A stretch of 64,000 nt of DNA from a virus, in IMG/VR virus record IMGVR_UViG_3300042384_000288, positions 1 to 64,000 of that record. One strand, written 5' to 3'. A program made the position numbers and the translations under genes. The notes beneath the pieces are model-generated. The model searched no databases and had not been told where the DNA came from. It was given only the letters and a program-made list of their open reading frames with translations. This document shows, piece by piece, positions 1-7,471 of this stretch. Each line of letters begins with the position of its first letter. Within the stretch, counting starts at the first letter, position 1.

Positions 1-315
1 GCCAGAATTCGAAGAAGCTATGTTCGAGTAAAGCACACCATCTGATGTTATTTGCCATGTGTCGGTAGCGTCATTCCAACGCAATTCTACATTGGCTAGA
101 CTACCTCTATCAATTATTAGTCCTGATGTGCCTGCGCCTGCCGGACTAACACCAGATCCGGATTCACCGACATTCAATGCTAGATCTTTATCGACGATGT
201 TTGTGTTTGTAACATTTAATGTGTCGTATGTTCCTGCAACCGTAAGATTACCTGTGAGAATTACATCAGTAGTATCAATTGTATACGAGGAGTTAAGTTT
301 CTTAACTGTGGCCAT
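1..315 (-). CDS. Virion structural protein, partial (runs off left edge); not in the ORF track
   Basis: Hand translation from ATG at 315 gives MATVKKLNSSYTIDTTDVILTGNLTVAGTYDTLNVTNTNIVDKDLALNVGESGSGV...GLIIDRGSLANVELRWNDATDTWQ, open to position 1. The GNLTV / DRG / W motifs are typical of phage fibre-like proteins; late-promoter box at 335-341. Confidence 0.8.
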   Translation of the reverse strand, partial: MATVKKLNSSYTIDTTDVILTGNLTVAGTYDTLNVTNTNIVDKDLALNVGESGSGVSPAGAGTSGLIIDRGSLANVELRWNDATDTWQITSDGVLYSNIASSNSG

Positions 316-363
316 TTTTTATTCCAGTTTCTATTATTTATGCTAATTGTAGATAGTGTAGTC

Positions 364-394
364 AAAAAAAATAACAGCCGAAGCTGTTATTTTT
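364..394 (-). terminator. Intrinsic terminator with cUUCGg tetraloop
   Basis: Minus strand reads ATAACAGC-TTCG-GCTGTTAT followed by a T run, just after the stop of 408..1355. Confidence 0.85.
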
Positions 395-407
395 AAGTTG
401 ACTAAAA

Positions 408-1355
408 TTAGTCGTTTGTTGCTAGTTTTACTGTTGTGTTTACAACTGCTGAACCTGTTGAAGTCCATCTTGCGTGGCTATTTGCAGCAAATTGTGTACC
501 TGCTGTGTATCCATCAATATCTGCCGGGAATAACAATGCTGTACGTGATTCAAGTTTACCGACTACATAACTACCGTTGTCAGAATCAAACGCTGTTAGT
601 GTCATTTCGCCTGCGGCTGTTGGGCCACCTGCAGCAACAACTTGCGCTACTGTTGGGCTGTTAACACCGTTAACACCTGTTGGAACTAAACGAACTACAT
701 CAGTACCATCAGCATTAGTTACGCGATAACGACGTGAACTGCGTTGACTAACGATATCAGCTTGTTTACCAATTGTGCCACCGGTAATCCGTGCGTTAGC
801 ACGGATTGTGTTAGCTGTAACTGTTGAAGCTGCTAATACTGCTGTTAATGAACCTGCAGATCCAATATCACCAAAGCTAATTAATGTTGTACTTGTTGCG
901 CTGGTATTAGCGGCACTCATTGTAACATTACCTGTGCCGATAGCTGTGATTGTAGTAGTTGCTGCAAATGCTGTATTTGCGGCCATACCGACAAATAAAC
1001 CTACAGTAGTTGAAACTGTTAGTACATTTGAACCACTAATTGCTCCGCCTGTGACTACTACGTTAGCCGGTTTAACTAAGGTAATTACCGGTGCAGTTGT
1101 GTAACCAGTACCTGCTGTTGTAACACTAGCTGTATCGATACGACCGTTAGCTGTACTAACTGCATCGACTGTCACTCTGGCAACTGTGCCACCGATTGGG
1201 CTAAGTGCCACTGTAGCTGTTAAACCTTGTGAGTAGTTTGTACCACGGTTTGTGTAAGTAATACTCGAAATACCTTCACCACCTGCAGCACTGTATGTTA
1301 AACCATCATTAACATTATCTGAACCAAAAAACTTTTTCTTAATAGGACGTCCCAT
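408..1355 (-). CDS. Virion structural protein (Thr/Ala/Gly-rich, possible head decoration or fibre)
   Basis: Likely start is MGRPIKKK at 1355 with an AAGGAG Shine-Dalgarno upstream. Contains the AGTGYTTAPVIT motif also seen in the giant baseplate protein; lies directly downstream of the capsid gene. Confidence 0.7.
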   Translation of the reverse strand: MGRPIKKKFFGSDNVNDGLTYSAAGGEGISSITYTNRGTNYSQGLTATVALSPIGGTVARVTVDAVSTANGRIDTASVTTAGTGYTTAPVITLVKPANVVVTGGAISGSNVLTVSTTVGLFVGMAANTAFAATTTITAIGTGNVTMSAANTSATSTTLISFGDIGSAGSLTAVLAASTVTANTIRANARITGGTIGKQADIVSQRSSRRYRVTNADGTDVVRLVPTGVNGVNSPTVAQVVAAGGPTAAGEMTLTAFDSDNGSYVVGKLESRTALLFPADIDGYTAGTQFAANSHARWTSTGSAVVNTTVKLATND

Positions 1356-1380
1356 TTGTTTTCTCCTTATATATTTAATT

Positions 1381-1432
1381 GTTCTACAATCTACGCGGTT
1401 GGGACCGCATAAACTCTCATTCAAGAGCGAAC
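1381..1432 (-). ncRNA. Structured 5' leader (three-way junction) of the 408..1355 gene
   Basis: GTTC/GAAC closing stem, CTCT/AGAG hairpin and TTTATGCGGT/ACCGCGTAGA hairpin (G-U pairs only on the minus strand). Begins after a 5-nt spacer downstream of an ATAAATA box. Confidence 0.55.
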
Positions 1433-1437
1433 TCTAG

Positions 1438-1444
1438 TATTTAT
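1438..1444 (-). promoter_or_regulatory. T4-type late promoter box (ATAAATA)
   Basis: Matches the gp55-dependent TATAAATA consensus; the same box precedes many structural genes here. Confidence 0.65.
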
Positions 1445-1465
1445 CGTTTTTAATAGTTATAGCCA

Positions 1466-1490
1466 ACAAAAAGCCCCTTGCGGGGCTTTT
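1466..1490 (-). terminator. Intrinsic terminator after major capsid gene
   Basis: Minus strand reads AAAAGCCCC-GCAA-GGGGCTTTTT. Confidence 0.9.
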
Positions 1491-1517
1491 CTTATCGTTA
1501 CCTCTAAGAAGTTAATC

Positions 1518-2687
1518 TTATTGGAATGATAGGTTAGAAACACCAATTGTTTCTAAGTAATCAGCTGCGTTACCTAGAGATGAAGCAGTGTTTGTTAACT
1601 CAGCGTAGCCATAACGTGTCATAAAGCCAACTACTGGTTCGAAAGTAGCTGGATCTAATACAACGCCAGAGCTCATTAGAGGCACGTATGGGCAGTAGAA
1701 CGCAGCTGCATCAGCTTCGCTAGAACCTTTGTAACCTACTAATACTGAAGTACCTGTGTTAGCATAGCTGTCAACATAGATCTTCATAGCATTGTTTAAA
1801 GTACCAACAAATTTAGTGTTTGTCGGAGCTTCGAATGTACCTTCTGTACTACGAGCAAAAGCTGAAGTAGTTGCAGATTGTAACACTGTTAACGCTTCTG
1901 AACTTACAACTGCCCAGTTAGCTGCACCGCGACGTGTACGTTGAGCGATTAAGTTAGCAGCGCGGTTGATAACAACTGCTAATGCTGCGTGTTCATCACC
2001 TACGAATGTAGCTGTACCACTTACTGTTGATTGGTTGTAGTTGAATGAATTACCAGCCAATGAACGTAGACTTGCTAAGATCTCTTGGTCGATTTCAACT
2101 GTGATTTCTTGTGCTAAAGCTGCCATGATTTCTGCTTCAACATCTAAACCGTGCATAGATTGTGCATCTTGCGCAGCTTCAAATGTCCAACGTGCAGACA
2201 ATTTACGTGTTTTAGCTTCAACAACTTGTTTCAAGATTTGAACGTTAATACGGTTACCTGGTGTGCCTTCTAAAGTGCTTGTTGAAGCAGCTTTACCAGC
2301 TGTTGTACCAGAGTATGCAGTAGCGATCTTAAATGGGCTCAATGCTTCATCACCTGGTGTTGTGCTGTCACCGCTGGTTGCAGAAACTGCATCAGCATAA
2401 CGTACACGTAGAGTGTGAATTTGTGCCACTGGGCCAGTCATTGGTTGTACACCAACGATTTCGTTTGCAATAACTGTCGGCATTACACGACGGATTACTG
2501 GAAGAATAACGCGGTTTAATGTAGCTACGTTACCAACAGCAGTTGCGCCGCCAGATGCAGTTTCCATCAAGTGTTTCTTAGTATTTTCTAAGATAATAGC
2601 CATTGTAGTTCTTTTCGAACCTTGTAGACCTTCTAACAGGGCGTCTTTGGTCTCGTTCCAACGGCCTTCTAATAGTTGGGTTGTCAT
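1518..2687 (-). CDS. gp23: Major capsid protein (T4 gp23-like)
   Basis: GVQPMTGP, KTRKLSARWTFEAAQD, EIDQEI, FYCPYVPL and GFMTRYG motifs; position after scaffold and protease. Confidence 0.97.
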   Translation of the reverse strand: MTTQLLEGRWNETKDALLEGLQGSKRTTMAIILENTKKHLMETASGGATAVGNVATLNRVILPVIRRVMPTVIANEIVGVQPMTGPVAQIHTLRVRYADAVSATSGDSTTPGDEALSPFKIATAYSGTTAGKAASTSTLEGTPGNRINVQILKQVVEAKTRKLSARWTFEAAQDAQSMHGLDVEAEIMAALAQEITVEIDQEILASLRSLAGNSFNYNQSTVSGTATFVGDEHAALAVVINRAANLIAQRTRRGAANWAVVSSEALTVLQSATTSAFARSTEGTFEAPTNTKFVGTLNNAMKIYVDSYANTGTSVLVGYKGSSEADAAAFYCPYVPLMSSGVVLDPATFEPVVGFMTRYGYAELTNTASSLGNAADYLETIGVSNLSFQ

Positions 2688-2714
2688 TTCTTTATTTTCC
2701 TTTAAAAAAGTTTA

Positions 2715-3818
2715 TTACTTTAGCCCTGCTAAACGACGAATTTCAACAACGTTGTTGTCGGACTCGGTAACGTTTGCTTTAGCAGATTTATCACCAGTTA
2801 CTTCTACACGTGATTCAGCAAGCACTGACTTTTCAGTCGTTTGTGTTTTTGCTGGAGCATTATTTAGAACTGCTGGCAGATACTTGTCGTATGCATTTTG
2901 AAGTTTTTCAGTTTGCACACCTTCGAGTAAGCTAGACATTACACTTGCTTTCTCTTTATTCAACGTACTCAATAATCCATTTAGTGTTTCCTTACGGCTA
3001 ACACTTTCTTTGATTACTCGAACTTCACGTTCTTTAGACTCAACAAGAGCTTCTTTTTCTGCAATTGCCTGTTGACTTTCAGCTATCATAGCGTCTTTCG
3101 TTGCTAATTCTGCTTTAAGTTTTGCGAATTCTTTGTTCTCATTTAAGTGAGTGACAGCAAATTCATTTGCAAATGCTTCAAATAAGCGACGACCAAACAT
3201 GTTCTCACGAGCCATTTGGATGTCTTCTTTAAGTTGAGCTAACTCTGAGCCTAGATTTTTTGCTACTGCTTCTTTTACAAGACCAGCACTGCGTTTAACA
3301 AAAGCTGTTTGTAGATCTGCTAATTTATTTTTAGCTTCAGCTACAAGTTTAACTTTAGTTTCAACAACATCACGTTTGTCTTGTTCAAACTCTTTGATTT
3401 CTTCAGCTAACGCACGAATAACAAATTTTTCTAACTTAGCGGTTGCTTCGTTTTGAATTTTGCGATCAGCACGTAATTCTTTGATTTCTTCAGCTAATTT
3501 ACTAGTCATAAAACTATTAAATTTACCTGTACTTTCAACCATATGACGTTTAAATTTCACACGGTCTTCTGCAAGAGCTTGTTTCTCATCGGCGAACTCA
3601 GTAAGTTCAGCGGTAAGTGATTCAGTAACCATTTTGTCTAGAGCTTCAACCATTACATTTTTATCGTGTTCATAGCGGCGAGCGAACTCTTCGCGCAATT
3701 CAGCGCGAACAACTTCACGTGCTTCATTAATTTGTGTTTCCCAAGCTTCTGTAATAGCAGTTTGAGTAGCTTCATTAATGATGCCACTATCTAACAATGG
3801 TTTGATAGCATCTAACAT
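2715..3818 (-). CDS. gp22: Prohead core scaffolding protein (gp22-like)
   Basis: Glu/Lys/Ala coiled-coil protein between protease and capsid; many (L/I/V)xE protease-type sites. Confidence 0.85.
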   Translation of the reverse strand: MLDAIKPLLDSGIINEATQTAITEAWETQINEAREVVRAELREEFARRYEHDKNVMVEALDKMVTESLTAELTEFADEKQALAEDRVKFKRHMVESTGKFNSFMTSKLAEEIKELRADRKIQNEATAKLEKFVIRALAEEIKEFEQDKRDVVETKVKLVAEAKNKLADLQTAFVKRSAGLVKEAVAKNLGSELAQLKEDIQMARENMFGRRLFEAFANEFAVTHLNENKEFAKLKAELATKDAMIAESQQAIAEKEALVESKEREVRVIKESVSRKETLNGLLSTLNKEKASVMSSLLEGVQTEKLQNAYDKYLPAVLNNAPAKTQTTEKSVLAESRVEVTGDKSAKANVTESDNNVVEIRRLAGLK

Positions 3819-3827
3819 TACGATCTC

Positions 3828-4469
3828 CTATTTAATTTTTAGATCTTTGATCAAGCGTGTAACTTGCTCTTTCAAATACTTCTGTACTCTTTGATCTGCG
3901 CTGGCTTCTTTTGCCATTTCGAATACCTTTTCGCCACCACGCATATTCATCAGTCCTTCGTAAATCGCTGTTGGATATGCATTAGGAGCACTAGGTTGCG
4001 CAACTACATCTACAGTGACTATTTCAAAGTCACTTACTTTGCCGTCACCTTCTACGTTGCCGGAGCCACGAGAGCTAACACCAAGTTTTACACCAGAATC
4101 CAACATAGTCTGAACTAACTGACCCATTGGAGTAGGTAATATTTTTAATTTGCCGAAACCGTTAGGACCGTCCATCCACATATCTGTAATCATGTGACTA
4201 ACACGGTCTAGATTAATTTTCAAATCATCGGGGTGATCCACTTCGCCTAAAACGCTGTAACCACCTTTGATTTGTTCATTAATAGCTGTAACGGCTTTAG
4301 AAATCTCATTAACTGGATATACACGTTCATTGTGATTTTTAACACCACCTTGAATGAATATACCTTTCATGTAACATGTTTTGCCGCCGCGGCCGGAAGC
4401 GTCGTCTTCTAACAACACTTCCATTCTAGCTGCATCAAATGTTAAATTTTCTTTAAGATATAAAGCCAT
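3828..4469 (-). CDS. gp21: Prohead maturation protease (gp21-like)
   Basis: GIFIQGGVKNHNERVYP, LGEVDHP, GVSSRGSG and DVVAQPSAPNA motifs. Confidence 0.96.
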   Translation of the reverse strand: MALYLKENLTFDAARMEVLLEDDASGRGGKTCYMKGIFIQGGVKNHNERVYPVNEISKAVTAINEQIKGGYSVLGEVDHPDDLKINLDRVSHMITDMWMDGPNGFGKLKILPTPMGQLVQTMLDSGVKLGVSSRGSGNVEGDGKVSDFEIVTVDVVAQPSAPNAYPTAIYEGLMNMRGGEKVFEMAKEASADQRVQKYLKEQVTRLIKDLKIK

Positions 4470-4481
4470 TGACTTTTCCTA

Positions 4482-5345
4482 TTAACGTGCTAACGGGCTT
4501 TTTGTGTTTACGCCACCAACAGCTTTACCTGTTGTTTGACCTTCACCTGTTTTACCTGTTTCTTTCTTAGCAAAAGCATTACCTGCTCTAGCACCAGGTT
4601 TGTTTAATGGATTATTTACTAATGTGCCTTTTGGTTTTTCGCTAGCTGCAGGGCGATTACCGTCTTGGTTAGCTGTAGCGCCTTTACCTGTTACAATATT
4701 AGCAGCTGTACCGCCCATATCGTTTTTACCAGCTACAGTAGACTTAGCGTTAACGCTTGCACGTTTACCTACACCAACTTCTCCACCTTCTGCTTTTTGA
4801 TTTGTTTCACCAACTCTTTCTACGTATTCGCGAACAATTGATTCATCAACTTCATCTTCTTCATCTTCTTCATCTGATTCAGCTTCCATGAATTGTTGTT
4901 CACCCATGTTGTCATCATCCATGTTGTCATCACCGTGAATGCCTGGGAATTGTTCTTCTTCTTGCTCTTCACCTGCCATTAAAGCATCGAATTCTGCTTT
5001 AAGTTCATCAAGTGCTGACTCTAGATCTTGTACGCGATCTTCAACATCACCGTGCTCTTCTTCGTGGTCGTCTAAGTCACCACTGTCATCAAAGTCCATA
5101 GAATCAGAATCTTCGTCGTCTATGTCCATCATGTCTTCTTCTTCGCTTAGACCTTCTTCGTCGTGGCTAACTTCGTCTACTAGATCTTCAACTTCGTTAC
5201 CGCCAACTTCATTCAAATCGTTTTCATCGATTAGGCTTTCATAAATGTCACGTGATTTTTCTACAACAATGTTGTGGAACAATTCGCGGGCCTTGTCGGT
5301 TTCATCATTAATGATGAATTCAACTAACTGTTCGTACTTGTTCAT
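4482..5345 (-). CDS. Highly acidic prohead core-like protein
   Basis: Asp/Glu-rich, with AAGGAG SD; sits between portal and protease, where T4 has gp67/gp68. Confidence 0.65.
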   Translation of the reverse strand: MNKYEQLVEFIINDETDKARELFHNIVVEKSRDIYESLIDENDLNEVGGNEVEDLVDEVSHDEEGLSEEEDMMDIDDEDSDSMDFDDSGDLDDHEEEHGDVEDRVQDLESALDELKAEFDALMAGEEQEEEQFPGIHGDDNMDDDNMGEQQFMEAESDEEDEEDEVDESIVREYVERVGETNQKAEGGEVGVGKRASVNAKSTVAGKNDMGGTAANIVTGKGATANQDGNRPAASEKPKGTLVNNPLNKPGARAGNAFAKKETGKTGEGQTTGKAVGGVNTKSPLAR

Positions 5346-5474
5346 AAGAACTCCTTAATATTAAGTGTTATAATTGTGATATACAATTAATGGATATGTC
5401 TTTGTAATATTATTTACAAATTAGTTGTCAAATTGGGGTTAAATGCGTTGTTTTTGATTCAAAACGAAAGATAA

Positions 5475-5699
5475 TTACATACCTGCGTTAGGTTCGGGCG
5501 GTGGAGTGAATTGAGTCTGTACTGCTTCTATTTTCTTTTCTTTTTCTAATTTACGCACATCATTCATAATACGTAGACGATTAAGTTGTTTAAGTGTTAG
5601 TTTGGTTTTACGCAGGTCACTTAGTTTCAAAGTGGTATTGTCGTCCTTTTCAGTACGATACCCAGGTAAATTGTTGTCAAACATTTCAAATAATTGCAT
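5475..5699 (-). CDS. Small hypothetical head-module protein
   Basis: Probable start is MQLFEMF at 5699, 5 nt after a GTAAATA box; basic core RKTKLTLKQLNRLR. Confidence 0.7.
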   Translation of the reverse strand: MQLFEMFDNNLPGYRTEKDDNTTLKLSDLRKTKLTLKQLNRLRIMNDVRKLEKEKKIEAVQTQFTPPPEPNAGM

Positions 5700-5719
5700 A
5701 TAGTTATTTACCAAAATAC

Positions 5720-7438
5720 TTAAATTGCAGCGGCCCCGGCAGGTGCTGCACCTGCGCTGGCAATAGGACTAGCTGTACCAGGAGTGCCGGGTACTGCACC
5801 TTCTGCTCCTTGATCTTGTGCGGCGGGGTCAGCACCAAATGTATCCATATCTTGCTGTAGACCAGCAGTTGTTACATCTACTGCACGTAGTCCTGCTTCC
5901 GCCGCCGCACCATCGTCAACTATTCCACGTTCCTCTTTCCATAATTCAGAGTTACGTTGTAGTTCTTCTTCGCTTAGATCTAAGTATCGCTCCATTAAGA
6001 AACGTTTGCTCAGATATGGGTATGCTTCTAACGAAGTAAACGTACCAATACGTACTTGATCAATTTCAGCTTGGCGATACTTGGCAAAATTTTGTGGTTC
6101 ATTAAATCGTAGTTCGAATAAACTACTATCAATGTTTATTCCTCTCCAACGCATAAACATTTTGAATTCTTGATCTAACTTGTCTACTATTAAACTTTGT
6201 AGACGCATACAGTATTGATTAAACCGCCATTCTTGAATAAGAGCAGTTGTAGCACGCCCGTCATTAAATGCTTGGCTACTTTCATCATCTCCTGTAGGCA
6301 AGTAACTACTAGGAATACGCAGTCCACGGAACATTTTATTAGTAAAGAATCTTAAGTCAGTGATTTCACCTAGATTAGTACCGCCCGGAAATGGTTCTAC
6401 TGTAGATCCTCTACCATCTGCGGTCACAGGAAAGAAATAGTCTTCGTTTGTGCTCAATGGGTTATATGTAGCATCCATCATGTTCTGCCCACCACCCGTT
6501 TGTGTAGGTATACGACGTTGATGTATTTCGTTCTTAACACGGTCAACATAGGCCATGGCCATGTGTGTGGGCATGTTACCTACATCAATTTTAAACACAC
6601 GACGTTCTGGTGCACGCTGTATACGATAGATAATAATTGCATCTTCTAACAGTTCTTTTTGTTTAAAAATCTTAAAGATACTTTCTAAAATGCTAGTACC
6701 AAATGGCCAATTAACATCCAGCCCTTCTGTTAGGCTTACATGTAATATGTGTTCTGCATTAAGGCACGATTCATTTTGTGCATGACTAAAACGACTACCG
6801 CCACTGAATGGAGCATTGGGTTGTGTATAACTACCGCTAGGTCCACCTATTTGAGGATGATTAGTATAGGTATCTGTGCTGGCCACTGCAGTAGCAGTCA
6901 AATTTTGAAAGTTAATATTCATATCTTTAATGATATATTGTTCTGGTTCTTTACCTTTGGCTTCATTGACAATTACCTTGGTAATTTTATGTGTTTCTGT
7001 CCAATAAAGTTTGAAGGTTTCTGGATCACGTAAGAATACTTGATCGCCATATTTTAATACATTACGAAATAATTTAAACAGGCGTTTGTTTAGGTCGTTT
7101 AGACTGACCCACTCTTGTAGTTGATCTTTAAGAATTTTGATTTCGTTATCTGTAGGATCTTCTTTAAAAAATAAGTCAAATCCTGTGCCATTTTCAATAT
7201 TAGTCTGTGTACTAAATTCAGCTATGATGTCTAATGCAGCATTAACTTCACTGTCCATGTCCATTTGTTCATATTGATTGTATCGCTCTGTACGATTAGG
7301 ATGCCCAATATAAACTTCCGGTAACTGACTGGCAAAGTTTCGATATCCTGTATCGGGTAGTGTACCACTAGCGCCGCTTATCGGACTTAGTGTTCCGCTG
7401 CTGTTATTTGCCGTTTTAAAATATTTCTTCCATGCCAT
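5720..7438 (-). CDS. gp20: Portal vertex protein (gp20-like)
   Basis: LLEDAIIIYRIQRAPERRVFKIDVGNMP, EDYFFP, PGGTNLGEITD and GLRIPSSYL motifs. Confidence 0.96.
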   Translation of the reverse strand: MAWKKYFKTANNSSGTLSPISGASGTLPDTGYRNFASQLPEVYIGHPNRTERYNQYEQMDMDSEVNAALDIIAEFSTQTNIENGTGFDLFFKEDPTDNEIKILKDQLQEWVSLNDLNKRLFKLFRNVLKYGDQVFLRDPETFKLYWTETHKITKVIVNEAKGKEPEQYIIKDMNINFQNLTATAVASTDTYTNHPQIGGPSGSYTQPNAPFSGGSRFSHAQNESCLNAEHILHVSLTEGLDVNWPFGTSILESIFKIFKQKELLEDAIIIYRIQRAPERRVFKIDVGNMPTHMAMAYVDRVKNEIHQRRIPTQTGGGQNMMDATYNPLSTNEDYFFPVTADGRGSTVEPFPGGTNLGEITDLRFFTNKMFRGLRIPSSYLPTGDDESSQAFNDGRATTALIQEWRFNQYCMRLQSLIVDKLDQEFKMFMRWRGINIDSSLFELRFNEPQNFAKYRQAEIDQVRIGTFTSLEAYPYLSKRFLMERYLDLSEEELQRNSELWKEERGIVDDGAAAEAGLRAVDVTTAGLQQDMDTFGADPAAQDQGAEGAVPGTPGTASPIASAGAAPAGAAAI

Positions 7439-7471
7439 ATTATTTCTCTCTGAGATACTGTATTTAAGCCG

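Noticed and set aside
59-1104. Plus-strand ORFs 59..346, 398..664 and 775..1104, and similar short antisense ORFs throughout
   Set aside because: They are shadows of well-supported genes on the opposite strand, with no SD or recognisable motifs.
1356-1424. N-terminal extensions in the ORF track (starts at 1424, 13401, 18498, 52421)
   Set aside because: Downstream ATGs fit better (SD or stop-codon overlap); the extensions run through structured leaders or neighbouring genes.
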